Positions 34,898 through 44,307 of a stretch of DNA of 64,000 bases are shown here, one piece after another. Source of the DNA: a virus. Each line of letters opens with the position of its first letter. The stretch's first letter is position 1. The position numbers were made by a program, and so were the translations under genes. Where the stretch lies: IMG/VR virus record IMGVR_UViG_3300021961_000019; one strand, written 5' to 3'. Below the pieces are notes generated by a model that searched no databases, had not been told where the DNA came from, and saw nothing but the letters and a program-made list of their open reading frames with translations.

Positions 34898-35842
34898 TCA
34901 CTTAAAATTACATTCGCACATAATTTCTGTCAGTGCTGCAAGAGTATTAATCTCCTGATCAGCAACAAATCCGCTCTGATACAGATACTTTGCGATGATA
35001 AGAACTGCAGCAGGAATACTTGGTGGGGTCAGATATTCGTAACAAGCATCATAAATGCGACGAAGAACGATATGTGCATCATTATCTAGATTTGTTGTGA
35101 CCCACTTACGAACCTCAGTAAAATTCTTTTCCTTAAGGTTTTTAACCAGTTCATTTACTGTAATATCAGCGAAACATGCAAGAATTCCAGAATCAATTTT
35201 TCCGCCAATAGAATAACGTTGGCACTCATTAATGATCCGACGAAAATCTGGGAAATATTTAGTGACCATTTCAATAAGAACCTTCTGATCATATTCAATC
35301 CGCTCAGTGTCGAGAATAAATTGAAGACGCTTCAGAAAGTTTCCCGCAAGTTGTGCCTTTTGCTTCCCCTTAATTGAGAAGTCAATTACTGCACATCGAG
35401 AATGAAGTGGTTCGATGATTTTATTCTTGTAGTTGCAAGTAAAGATAAATCGACAGTTATTATAAAATGTCTCAATATTTGCCCGCAAAAGAAGTTGCAC
35501 ATCGTTTCCAGTATTGTCTGCCTCATCGATGATGATCACCTTATGCTTTGCATCAGATGAGAGAGACACGGTAGAAGCAAAGTTCTTTGCTTGATTCCTA
35601 ACAGTATCAAGAAACCTTCCTTCATCAGAACCATTAATTACATAGTAATCTGCTCCGATTTCATTGCACAATGCTTTGGCGATGGTCGTTTTGCCGACTC
35701 CGGGGGGTCCAGCAAGCAGGAGATTTGGAATTTCACCTTTTTTGACAAACTCACGAAAAGTCTTTTTAGTATCATCGGGAAGAATGCAATCATCCACATT
35801 TTGTGGGCGATACGTTTCCACCCAGAGAAATTCACTTGCCAT
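34898..35842 (-). CDS. gp44: Clamp loader large subunit
   Basis: LWVETYRP, GPPGVGKT, IIDEAD, PLHSRC. Confidence 0.96.
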   Translation of the reverse strand: MASEFLWVETYRPQNVDDCILPDDTKKTFREFVKKGEIPNLLLAGPPGVGKTTIAKALCNEIGADYYVINGSDEGRFLDTVRNQAKNFASTVSLSSDAKHKVIIIDEADNTGNDVQLLLRANIETFYNNCRFIFTCNYKNKIIEPLHSRCAVIDFSIKGKQKAQLAGNFLKRLQFILDTERIEYDQKVLIEMVTKYFPDFRRIINECQRYSIGGKIDSGILACFADITVNELVKNLKEKNFTEVRKWVTTNLDNDAHIVLRRIYDACYEYLTPPSIPAAVLIIAKYLYQSGFVADQEINTLAALTEIMCECNFK

Positions 35843-35862
35843 AATTTAAATAGATCATATTT

Positions 35863-35891
35863 ACAGTATACCACAGATTTCAATCTGTGTC
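35863..35891 (-). promoter_or_regulatory. sigma70-like promoter upstream of gp44
   Basis: TGGACA-17nt-TATACT. Confidence 0.55.
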
Positions 35892-36029
35892 CACTCTTGT
35901 CTCAACAATTTCACATCCCTCAGATTCAAGACGTTCAATCATACTATCAAACACCTCCTCATCCCAACAAAATGACAAGCCATTTTGCCCAGACAAATTG
36001 GTGTATTGAACATAATAAGTAAATCCCAT
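35880..36029 (-). CDS. 49-aa hypothetical protein
   Basis: Read manually: MGFTYYVQYTNLSGQNGLSFCWDEEVFDSMIERLESEGCEIVETRVDTD. Confidence 0.55.
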   Translation of the reverse strand: MGFTYYVQYTNLSGQNGLSFCWDEEVFDSMIERLESEGCEIVETRVDTD

Positions 36030-36031
36030 AA

Positions 36032-36562
36032 TTACACCCAATCAGGTTTACGATCTGGTTTGCGAAGATAATTTGAAGAAACCCACGGTTTGGACGAAAC
36101 ATACATTCTATATGCCATCACATCATCAATAGATTCGTCCAACTTGTATTCATCTGGCATGGCACGAACAAACTCATCAACCTTACCCCAATCATAAATG
36201 GAGTGTCCATGATTATGGAAGATTGTCATTGCCTCTTCTATTGTGGTCTGACATGAATGGCGTTTACCATAACGCTCAGTGTACTCAAAACAGAGGGCAA
36301 GACCGTGAGCAAGGAGCCATGCGGTGTTTGCCGGGTCCTGTGCTGCCCACCGGGTGCAGGGGTGGTTCCTGAAGGCACCCTTGGACGTGCTGTAGGAGGT
36401 CCCGTCTGCCTTGTGCAGGGCACCCCACCCCCAATACCACTCAGAGAGCACCAGAGAGAGCATCTGGCACGTCTCTAGGGGCATCTTGACTACATGACGG
36501 TCTGGAAGTTGCTGCGCTGCCTTGTGGGGGTCAGTATCGGTGATGAAGATGTTCAAAGACAA
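36032..36562 (-). CDS. denV: Pyrimidine-dimer DNA glycosylase (endonuclease V-like)
   Basis: NIF...D.HVVKMPLETCQML...HPCTRWA...Y..RYGK.H. Confidence 0.8.
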   Translation of the reverse strand: MSLNIFITDTDPHKAAQQLPDRHVVKMPLETCQMLSLVLSEWYWGWGALHKADGTSYSTSKGAFRNHPCTRWAAQDPANTAWLLAHGLALCFEYTERYGKRHSCQTTIEEAMTIFHNHGHSIYDWGKVDEFVRAMPDEYKLDESIDDVMAYRMYVSSKPWVSSNYLRKPDRKPDWV

Positions 36563-37044
36563 TACCTCTTAAGCATGTACGTGGTCAGAAGGGGACTCTT
36601 CTCCATATAATAAGCCTCTGCCTCAAGGGCGGCGGAACTTAGATTCAGCGTATATGCCATAGATCTGACCACGCTTTTCTTTTGTGATGCTGTCAACTCA
36701 TCCAGTTTAACGCGAGTTGTAAGGACCGGAGACCTCTTATTACACATCTGGGCAACATGAACTGCCTCATGAGTAACTGCCTGGTTCACCATATTTTTAA
36801 CCATGGACTTACTTACCGCTGGAGAATGACCACCCACGGCAATATGCTTTTCGATATTATTAAGGCAAATCCCAATTTTGTTCTCAGCACTGGTCCATGC
36901 AAATACAACTTGGGACATATCACAAAGTCCGGAATTTTCCTCAAGCTTCCAATTTGCTTGTTTCATAATCCCAACCATTTCAAGTTGATATGGGAGAAGA
37001 AGGGCGATAAATTCAAGCATCATTAAAGTCAGAATCAGGTTCAA
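36553..37044 (-). CDS. 163-aa exported-looking protein with HExxH motif
   Basis: Hydrophobic N-terminus, THEAVHVAQ, distal EAEAY. Confidence 0.75.
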   Translation of the reverse strand: MNLILTLMMLEFIALLLPYQLEMVGIMKQANWKLEENSGLCDMSQVVFAWTSAENKIGICLNNIEKHIAVGGHSPAVSKSMVKNMVNQAVTHEAVHVAQMCNKRSPVLTTRVKLDELTASQKKSVVRSMAYTLNLSSAALEAEAYYMEKSPLLTTYMLKRYCL

Positions 37045-37684
37045 GTGCGATATAGTAAGTCAGATCGTAATCCCTACTCACCCAACGAGACAGAAGTTTA
37101 CGTGAAACTGTAACGTCATAAGATCCGGGAAGAATCTTAATATTCTCCACTTTGAAGTTGAACGAAAACTTAGATTCGGTCTCACCAACAACAACGGAGA
37201 AATCATTAGAAGTATCATTCTTCTTGTCGCGGACCATGATCTTAACAACACCATATTCACCAACTGCAGAAAGATCCTGAAGTTGATAGACGGATGCTGC
37301 CTTGAGCAGACGGTCCAACTGCTGAGTGTTCAGTTTAAATGCAACGTCTTCGGTGGGAAGAACGATTGATTTCTCCGGAGGAGTCACAATTAGACTCGGA
37401 TCTGAGAAGAAGTAATTAGAACGAGTCCTGCCCTCACGAATTACAACGTAATTGTCATTCGTAAAATCCAGTTCGGGATTCTCATGAAGTGCAAGACCAT
37501 TTAGGAACTGGTTCAGATCATAGATCCCAAAATCACGTGGGAAATCATCTTCAATTGTTGCCTCTGCGAGGATATTCTTCATCACCGACATGGTGCGAAG
37601 ATTCTTACCTTGTTTAAAAAGAATTGACTGGTTGATTGAAGAAAAGTTCTTCAGAAGGACCAGAGTTTTATCAGAAAGTCTCAT
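37013..37684 (-). CDS. gp45: Sliding clamp
   Basis: LKNFSSINQSI, FGIYDLNQFL, NIKILPGSY; start reassigned. Confidence 0.95.
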   Translation of the reverse strand: MRLSDKTLVLLKNFSSINQSILFKQGKNLRTMSVMKNILAEATIEDDFPRDFGIYDLNQFLNGLALHENPELDFTNDNYVVIREGRTRSNYFFSDPSLIVTPPEKSIVLPTEDVAFKLNTQQLDRLLKAASVYQLQDLSAVGEYGVVKIMVRDKKNDTSNDFSVVVGETESKFSFNFKVENIKILPGSYDVTVSRKLLSRWVSRDYDLTYYIALEPDSDFNDA

Positions 37685-38273
37685 AACCATTAGAATTAGT
37701 TTTGTGGAAACCTGCGAAGTGGTACAGAAGCACACCATAGTGCATAATCTTCAGGGCGTCAAGTTTAGACATCCCGTTCTTTTTGCCAAATCGGGAAGCA
37801 TACTTGATCAGGTTGTCCCTGCAGAACGGAACACCATCACCAATTGCCTCAATAATATCAAGGACTTGAACTTTAGAGTTCTCAGAAGTATAGTGAGAAT
37901 GATAAGTGCTGGTGAGATATTCCTCAAGCACCCTCAGAGTTTGATCCTCACTAAACTTCCAAAATCCATTTGAGTTGCTGGTGTCAGCAGCGTCAGGATC
38001 GGAAAGATTGAATTGAACCACATCATTCCCCGCTGCAGAACTGGAAAATGAAATCGTATCATCTGCTGCAGCACCCTGAACATGGGATCCAAAAAAATGA
38101 TTAATATAGTCATCTCCACCAGTTCCAGAGTGGATGACGAAATCTGGGCCGACAAGATCATATCCATCGTCATAAAGATCTGCATCGCCTGCGCTGGGGG
38201 CATCAACAGGACCAACATGATCGGTGACATACAGATCAAACGAATAATCAGAATAATCGGACTGTGAACTCAT
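37671..38273 (-). CDS. DUF3310-like protein with acidic N-terminal extension
   Basis: Y.SHY...QVLD.I...FC..N.IKY..R.GKK.G...D..K..HY. Confidence 0.8.
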   Translation of the reverse strand: MSSQSDYSDYSFDLYVTDHVGPVDAPSAGDADLYDDGYDLVGPDFVIHSGTGGDDYINHFFGSHVQGAAADDTISFSSSAAGNDVVQFNLSDPDAADTSNSNGFWKFSEDQTLRVLEEYLTSTYHSHYTSENSKVQVLDIIEAIGDGVPFCRDNLIKYASRFGKKNGMSKLDALKIMHYGVLLYHFAGFHKTNSNGYETF

Positions 38274-38313
38274 AATAATCTCCAATAGCAAATACTCACA
38301 AGACTTTTTTTAC

Positions 38314-38342
38314 ATTATATCAGAAAGGAGCTCCGTTGTCAA
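38314..38342 (-). promoter_or_regulatory. Consensus sigma70 promoter
   Basis: TTGACA-17nt-TATAAT. Confidence 0.85.
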
Positions 38343-39441
38343 CAGGAGATTCTTCCTGGCCAGGTTGAAAATCCGGATCAACCTTATCATAGAGTTCCAT
38401 AAATGCAGATTTGGTTTCATTATCGAAACGATTAACACAAACCTTGATTGCCTTAGACTTGTCGCGGAAAATGGAATATGCACGAATAATGTGAACAAGA
38501 CGACGGGTGCTGATGATCTCATCAATACCACCATCAAAGAATGTCTTGCGGATCACATCTGCCCAGTCAACAAGTCGCTTGCAGAAGTCACGATCCTCAA
38601 TTCCAAGTTCCAAAGAAATACCCTCAAGGATCTTCTGCTCTACGGTTACGCTAGGATACTCCTGCTCCATCGTAACAGGGAAACGCTCAAGGAATGCCTC
38701 ATTCAGCACGTTTGTGCCAATGAAACGTCCATCATCGGATCCCTTACCTTTTGTGTTTGCAGTAGCAACCACGTTGAAACCAGCAGCGGGTTTCACGAAA
38801 CGTCCGATCTTTTTCAGGAAGACTCCTTTCCCCTCAAGGATTGATTGAAGGCAAAGAATTTTGTTGGAAGCCAGGTCAATTTCGTCAAGCAGTAGAACCG
38901 CACCGCGCTCCAAGGCTTCGATGACCGGACCATTATGCCAAGCAGTTTCACCGTTGACCAAACGGAATCCGCCAATAAGATCATCCTCATCAGTTTCAAT
39001 AGTAATGTTTACACGAATAATTTCACGCTTAAGTTGGGCACATGCCTGCTCAACACTAAAAGTCTTACCATTCCCAGAGAGACCGGTAATGAATACAGGA
39101 TAGAAAATACCAGACTTCAGGATCTTCTTCACATCAGAAAAATTGCCAAAGGGAACAAAAGTATGATCCTTATCAGGAACAAGACTATTTGTATCTTCAG
39201 CGTTAGGGATCACAGAAATTGCACTATAGCTATGCTCAATTTTCTCAATATCTTTTTTAGTCACTTCAAGATTCCACTTACCACGACCAACTTTAAACTG
39301 ATCCAAACGCTTAGTTACGGTTGGATACGAAACTCCATGAGTTGTGCAATATTCCCGGACATTTTCAGCAGTAATATCCACACCGAAAGAACCACGAAGT
39401 TCATCAATTACAGAGTTGTTGATTTTGCTTTTGAATGCCAT
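38320..39441 (-). CDS. cobS: MoxR/CobS-like AAA+ ATPase
   Basis: GLSGNGKT, LLDEID, ATANTKG, AFLERF; phage CobS-like family, not evidence of cobalamin synthesis. Confidence 0.88.
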   Translation of the reverse strand: MAFKSKINNSVIDELRGSFGVDITAENVREYCTTHGVSYPTVTKRLDQFKVGRGKWNLEVTKKDIEKIEHSYSAISVIPNAEDTNSLVPDKDHTFVPFGNFSDVKKILKSGIFYPVFITGLSGNGKTFSVEQACAQLKREIIRVNITIETDEDDLIGGFRLVNGETAWHNGPVIEALERGAVLLLDEIDLASNKILCLQSILEGKGVFLKKIGRFVKPAAGFNVVATANTKGKGSDDGRFIGTNVLNEAFLERFPVTMEQEYPSVTVEQKILEGISLELGIEDRDFCKRLVDWADVIRKTFFDGGIDEIISTRRLVHIIRAYSIFRDKSKAIKVCVNRFDNETKSAFMELYDKVDPDFQPGQEESPVDNGAPF

Positions 39442-39507
39442 CAGGGGGTTGTTCCTCTCATCTACCCCTTTAGTATACATCCCTCAAAGACCCCGACGCA
39501 CAAAAAA

Positions 39508-39527
39508 GGACAGTTCTGAAACTGTCC
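39508..39527. promoter_or_regulatory. Perfect palindrome GGACAGTT-CTGA-AACTGTCC upstream of AAA ATPase
   Basis: 30 nt upstream of TATACT (39472-39477, minus strand). Confidence 0.7.
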
Positions 39528-39534
39528 CCAAGAA

Positions 39535-39684
39535 TCAACTTTTGTAGCGTTCACATGCTTCATCAAATGGAATTATATTGCCATCAACATCTTTATAGAA
39601 GACTTCTTTACCGCGCATTCTTGCCTCATATGCAACCATACGGGACATCATATTGGTGTTCTGTAGAATTACTTTTTTGCTCAT
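39535..39684 (-). CDS. 49-aa hypothetical protein
   Basis: Internal ATG MSKKVILQ. Confidence 0.5.
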   Translation of the reverse strand: MSKKVILQNTNMMSRMVAYEARMRGKEVFYKDVDGNIIPFDEACERYKS

Positions 39685-39685
39685 G

Positions 39686-40201
39686 TCAATCTTTCTCAAA
39701 GGTAAATGTCTTATTCTTAACTTTGGTGTCAAATTCACCAGTTCTCCCCGGTCTCATTTTTCCCTGAGGAACTCTCTTACCCTTACCTGGCCATGCTCCT
39801 TTTTTGGTGCCAACAAGATCACCAGATCCGCTGGGTTTCTTCTGAACCAGGACAGCATCTTGCCCATGCTTTGCGCCCAGCTTTTCAACTGCCTTCTTAA
39901 ACTTCCTCTTACCCTTCTTTCCAGAGCTAATGATGTGCGACTTTTCACCAACCTTTCTTCCTTCTGGGGATCCATCATCCTCAGTATATCTTCCCTGTGC
40001 CTTTGTTGGTCCTGGGAGTCCAGCGCCCTTAATGTCCTTCTCCATTTGACGAGAACGTGCTTTATTCTCTTTCTTGGATTTGTCTCCACGTTCAGCAGAA
40101 ACAATTGCCAATCCACCTTTCTTTGATTTCTGGACAACTCTGGAAAGTCCCCCCTCTTGGAGGGACCTACACTCAGTCATGAACTCCCTAAAAGTCTTCA
40201 T
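39686..40201 (-). CDS. 171-aa basic late protein with capsid-targeting-like N-terminus
   Basis: Start MKTFREFMTE; GATAAATA at 40230-40237. Confidence 0.78.
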   Translation of the reverse strand: MKTFREFMTECRSLQEGGLSRVVQKSKKGGLAIVSAERGDKSKKENKARSRQMEKDIKGAGLPGPTKAQGRYTEDDGSPEGRKVGEKSHIISSGKKGKRKFKKAVEKLGAKHGQDAVLVQKKPSGSGDLVGTKKGAWPGKGKRVPQGKMRPGRTGEFDTKVKNKTFTFEKD

Positions 40202-40235
40202 CTTGTGCAAGTAATTCTTCTCTATTCTATATTTA

Positions 40236-42392
40236 TCAAGCGACCAACTCAATAAACTCGGAGAGAATTTTCTTATTCATTTTTTTAGAACGAAGAGACT
40301 TCATGAAGGAACTCTTGATCTGTGCTTTAGTTGCACCTTCTTGCACATCAAAGTCAGCATTAACATTCACATGATTGGCACTAATTCCAAAATAGCGATG
40401 ATAGTAATTGGTCTCCATAGAAACACTATGCTCTTTCTTGAACTCCTTAGTGATTTTTTCATACTTACTTAGATCACCATACCCAACTCCCTCGCGAACA
40501 AACTTATTCAGTTCCCGATTGCTAAGAATGCGAATTCCGATAATGTTTACTTGGGGGAAGCAGTCGCGGAGCTCCTCAATCAGATACTTAGAAATATCAA
40601 TATGATCGGTCATCTTATAGACCTTTCCACTCTTACGATTGCGAAGACAGACCTCAGTTCCATAAGAAGCATATGCAAGTGTCCTGCGGAACAGCGGATC
40701 TTGATCGCTATCGTCAGATAATGTGCGTTCTTCAGTATATTGCATAGAAGCACCTTCACCATCAGTAAGAATGATAGTCTGAACCTTCTGGACTTTATTG
40801 CGCTTCTGGAAGTCTGGAATAATCTGATGAAGGGAGATGATGCTCTCACTCAAAGGTGTTCCACTCAGATCAAGGCGGGGTGACAATCCAATCACACCGT
40901 AGGCATATCTACGGGTAGTGGCAGTAGCAATCCTCCAGAAGTTCTTCATCTGAGTTTCAAGAACCCTTGCGCTCACACCATTTGTCAGGACATTGATAAG
41001 ACTGAAACTCTCACCGACATATAGTTCATGAAGTTTCATACTATGATGTTTCTTTGGAAAAACTGCCTTACCATACTGATCGTAAGTTACGCGAGCATAG
41101 GAACTTGTGAAGAGGTATACGTCAAAAGGAATTGCAACTTTTTTGCAGAACCAGATAAGAGTAAAGAGTTGCTTCACAGTATCCATGAGATAATCTTCCA
41201 TAGATCCAGACCAATCCATCACAAACACAAGACCATGATTTTTCCCATCAGGAAATGTGGTCACTTTCTTAAAGAGATCCTCATTATACTTGTAAGTATG
41301 CAAAGCACGAGTATTCAGAACACCAGTCTTTGATACAGATGCACGTGCATAGGCATCTGCAGATTTACGGCACTCAAATTCCTTCACCAAATAGTTGACT
41401 TCCTTCTGCGCTTCTTTCTTAAAATTTCGATAGTCGCGGTCCCAATCACAAAACACATCCTCAGAACTCTGAACACCAATATAATCAGAGGAAACAAATT
41501 CATGATACTCTTTGTTGTTCACAACAACGCTGTCAATATTAATTTGGGGTGACTGTAGATATATGGGATTGGATCCATTCTGATCAACCAGATCGCGAAG
41601 TTTCTGCTGAAGAACTTCATCGGTCTTAACTTTAGTATCACTCCTCTCACCACCCTCATTAGATGGTTGATTGTTAGAAGCACCAGATTGATCATCACTT
41701 TCACCCTGCTGAGCATCACCATCACTCTCACCATCTTCTTCAGATTCGGATTGTTGATTTTCCCCATCCTCAGACTTCTCACCAGAACCAGCAGATCCGG
41801 AGGGTTGATCATCAGATTGGTTAGGAACTTCTTCCTGTTGCTTGTCCTTTGCACAATAATCATAGAGAACCTTTGCAGCATGAAGCGCATCATCAAAGGT
41901 CTCAGTGTTGCCAATCAGATCAACAATTTCCTGCTCCTCAGCAGTGAATTTTACATCCACGAACAGACCGATCTTGTAGAAGATGTTGACACGATCTGCA
42001 AGGTTCATGGCGCTAATATCCTCATCAGCAATACCAAAGAAGTCATCATCTGATAGTTCTTTGTATCCACGGAAGAAAGTCTTAGGAAGACCAGCATAAC
42101 GACGCTTGATCAACTTCTCAATACGAACGTCTTCAACGACGTTCACAAATTGTCCGGGAATATTAACCTTCTCGCGCCAATCTTCATTTGGGGTATAAAG
42201 AGCGTGACCCACCTCATGTGCCACCAGAAGGTCATACACATCATTCGATGCCCTCTCCCACATAGGAAGGGTCAGAACACGTGTCTGAACGTTAAACTGA
42301 GCAGTCTCAACCCTACGGTGCTCCACCACAAGATCCTCAGTTGCCAGCAACTTTGCCAGTTGAGATTTGATCTGCTGGTTGATTGCGGACAT
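40236..42392 (-). CDS. CobT-like protein: HExxH domain, acidic linker and VWA domain
   Basis: HEVGH, EDVRIE, DWSGSM MIDAS, GTPL, ILTDG. Confidence 0.88.
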   Translation of the reverse strand: MSAINQQIKSQLAKLLATEDLVVEHRRVETAQFNVQTRVLTLPMWERASNDVYDLLVAHEVGHALYTPNEDWREKVNIPGQFVNVVEDVRIEKLIKRRYAGLPKTFFRGYKELSDDDFFGIADEDISAMNLADRVNIFYKIGLFVDVKFTAEEQEIVDLIGNTETFDDALHAAKVLYDYCAKDKQQEEVPNQSDDQPSGSAGSGEKSEDGENQQSESEEDGESDGDAQQGESDDQSGASNNQPSNEGGERSDTKVKTDEVLQQKLRDLVDQNGSNPIYLQSPQINIDSVVVNNKEYHEFVSSDYIGVQSSEDVFCDWDRDYRNFKKEAQKEVNYLVKEFECRKSADAYARASVSKTGVLNTRALHTYKYNEDLFKKVTTFPDGKNHGLVFVMDWSGSMEDYLMDTVKQLFTLIWFCKKVAIPFDVYLFTSSYARVTYDQYGKAVFPKKHHSMKLHELYVGESFSLINVLTNGVSARVLETQMKNFWRIATATTRRYAYGVIGLSPRLDLSGTPLSESIISLHQIIPDFQKRNKVQKVQTIILTDGEGASMQYTEERTLSDDSDQDPLFRRTLAYASYGTEVCLRNRKSGKVYKMTDHIDISKYLIEELRDCFPQVNIIGIRILSNRELNKFVREGVGYGDLSKYEKITKEFKKEHSVSMETNYYHRYFGISANHVNVNADFDVQEGATKAQIKSSFMKSLRSKKMNKKILSEFIELVA

Positions 42393-42477
42393 GGTTCACT
42401 TCCTTGCTTACATAGTCATCATACAAAAAAACCGCCCCATGGGAGCGGTTGGTAGACACTTTCTCAACTGTCAGGAA

Positions 42478-44064
42478 TCACTTTCTCTTGGACTGACCTT
42501 CCTTTTCTGCTCTGTATGCATCTGCTTCGCCACTCTTTTTGGCCTTATGTGCTGCGGTCACTCTCTTAGAGAATTCTGCACCAACCTTTGCCATCTTAGG
42601 ATCTCTGTAACCATGAGGATCTTCCTTGGTTCCTGCACCCATTCCACCGCGCTTTTCCAGTTTAGCAAGGTAATCCTTTCTGGAGAACTTTGGATCCTGA
42701 TATGCTTCCTTTACGCCCTCATATTCTGGACGACCCTTATTTACTTTCTTAATCCATGCACGTCTTGCCGAACGAACTTCATCCTTATAGTCAAGTCTCT
42801 TAGCACGATCCTCTCTGTGCTTCTGAACTTCTGGAGAAACTTCCTCACCCATCTGTTTAGCATACCACTTCTCAAAGTCCTCTCTACGCTTATCACCTCT
42901 TGGGGGCATAGGAGTTCTTTCTCCACGAACAGGAGCAGATTTCTTTGCCTGCTCTCTTTCATACTTCTCTGGGTTCTCACGAGCGTGTTGTGCTTCATTT
43001 ACATAATCTTCTTTAGCGTGATACCAACCCTTTCCAGCATCTTGTTGAGAACCACCAGTTTTTTCTGCTTCTTTAGCACGACGAACGGCCATTCCCATCT
43101 TCATTCTACGATCAAGACCAGCAGAACCTTGATCGCGGAGTTTTACTTGTTTTGCTTTAACCTTTTCGTAAGGAAATGGTTTTTCTGCTTCATTTACATA
43201 ATCTTCTTCTACTGGTTTAATCTTACTTCCAGTTCTCTCTGCTCTTGAGGCAAGAGTTTTATTCAGCATATTCTTTTTAGCATTCTGCTTACTATAGTTA
43301 GCAGACATTCCACCATCACCGAAAGAAGCGTTATATCTCCTCTCTCTAGTATTTCTTGCTGCTTTTGCTAGTCTATCAGAAACTTCATCAAGTTGCTCTT
43401 CACCGATAATAATATCAATCGCTTCCTCATCAAGAAAATTTGTCATCATCCACTCTGCTTCTTCCAGAGTTTCTGCATATCCTTCTACACAGAGGAACTC
43501 AAGGACAACATCAAAGATGTCAAGATCTTCTTTCTTAAGTGCTGCTGCTCTTCTTGCTGCTTTGTTTCCTGTTCCACCAACTCCACTATATGATTTTGGC
43601 CAGTTGGAACCTGCTACTTTGGGATTGGGGGGAGTTCCAAGAAGTCCATCTCTATTAGAACGACGAATGTGCTTGATTGTAGCAACATTAGCACCTTGTC
43701 CTGGTCTTGCTCTACCAGAGGCAGTGGTACGCTTAGCAATCATTTCTGCTGCCTTTGCTTTACCCCTTTCACTGGAGATTTCTTCATCAAGATAAAACTC
43801 ATACATCTCATCCCAAGTGAAATCGGAGAGGTCATAACCTTCTTCTACAAATTCACTTACCCAATTTTCAAACTCTTCCTTTCTCACAACACCAGACATC
43901 TTCTTCATTTTTCTGACTGGCTTATAGTCAGAGGGCACGGGATCATCGGAATATGGTGCCTTATCGTATGGATCAATCAATCTACCACCAAGTGCAGTGG
44001 TTTCTTTGGCCTCATAAACTTGGCCATATGCTTCCATTAAATCGCGGAGGTCTTGGGGGTTCAT
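42478..44064 (-). CDS. 528-aa modular low-complexity late protein
   Basis: Acidic EGYDL helices alternating with basic modules; TATAAATA at 44097-44104. Confidence 0.85.
   Translation of the reverse strand: MNPQDLRDLMEAYGQVYEAKETTALGGRLIDPYDKAPYSDDPVPSDYKPVRKMKKMSGVVRKEEFENWVSEFVEEGYDLSDFTWDEMYEFYLDEEISSERGKAKAAEMIAKRTTASGRARPGQGANVATIKHIRRSNRDGLLGTPPNPKVAGSNWPKSYSGVGGTGNKAARRAAALKKEDLDIFDVVLEFLCVEGYAETLEEAEWMMTNFLDEEAIDIIIGEEQLDEVSDRLAKAARNTRERRYNASFGDGGMSANYSKQNAKKNMLNKTLASRAERTGSKIKPVEEDYVNEAEKPFPYEKVKAKQVKLRDQGSAGLDRRMKMGMAVRRAKEAEKTGGSQQDAGKGWYHAKEDYVNEAQHARENPEKYEREQAKKSAPVRGERTPMPPRGDKRREDFEKWYAKQMGEEVSPEVQKHREDRAKRLDYKDEVRSARRAWIKKVNKGRPEYEGVKEAYQDPKFSRKDYLAKLEKRGGMGAGTKEDPHGYRDPKMAKVGAEFSKRVTAAHKAKKSGEADAYRAEKEGQSKRK
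42992..43208 (+). repeat. 22-nt direct repeat (42992-43013 and 43187-43208) encoding the (K/E)EDYVNEA linker
   Basis: gcttcatttacataatcttctt is identical at both positions. Confidence 0.85.
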
Positions 44065-44099
44065 GGTATGACTTTTTTTAATAATTTCCGTTTAGTTAT

Positions 44100-44240
44100 T
44101 TATAAAAAGAAAGCACCCCCTGAGGAGTGCTTTTTCTTGAATGCCTTTAGTCTAGCCTTTGCTTGCCTAAGTGCCTGTGGTTTTAATTTTCTCTTCTGAT
44201 CTTTCTTGCTGTGATGTTGCCAGTTTGGTGTATTTGCCAT
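44100..44240 (-). CDS. 46-aa basic hypothetical protein
   Basis: Read manually: MANTPNWQHHSKKDQKRKLKPQALRQAKARLKAFKKK... Confidence 0.6.
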   Translation of the reverse strand: MANTPNWQHHSKKDQKRKLKPQALRQAKARLKAFKKKHSSGGAFFL

Positions 44241-44307
44241 GGTAGTTTGGACCCTGATTTTAGTGTATCTACTAAAAGGAGCCTGAAGGTGTCAGATGTG
44301 CCACTTC

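Noticed and set aside
38320-39441. Cobalamin biosynthesis inferred from the CobS-like ATPase
   Set aside because: There are no other cob genes, and the family is a general MoxR-type AAA+ in T4-like phages
42367-43248. 293-aa plus-strand ORF
   Set aside because: Antisense shadow of the low-complexity 528-aa protein
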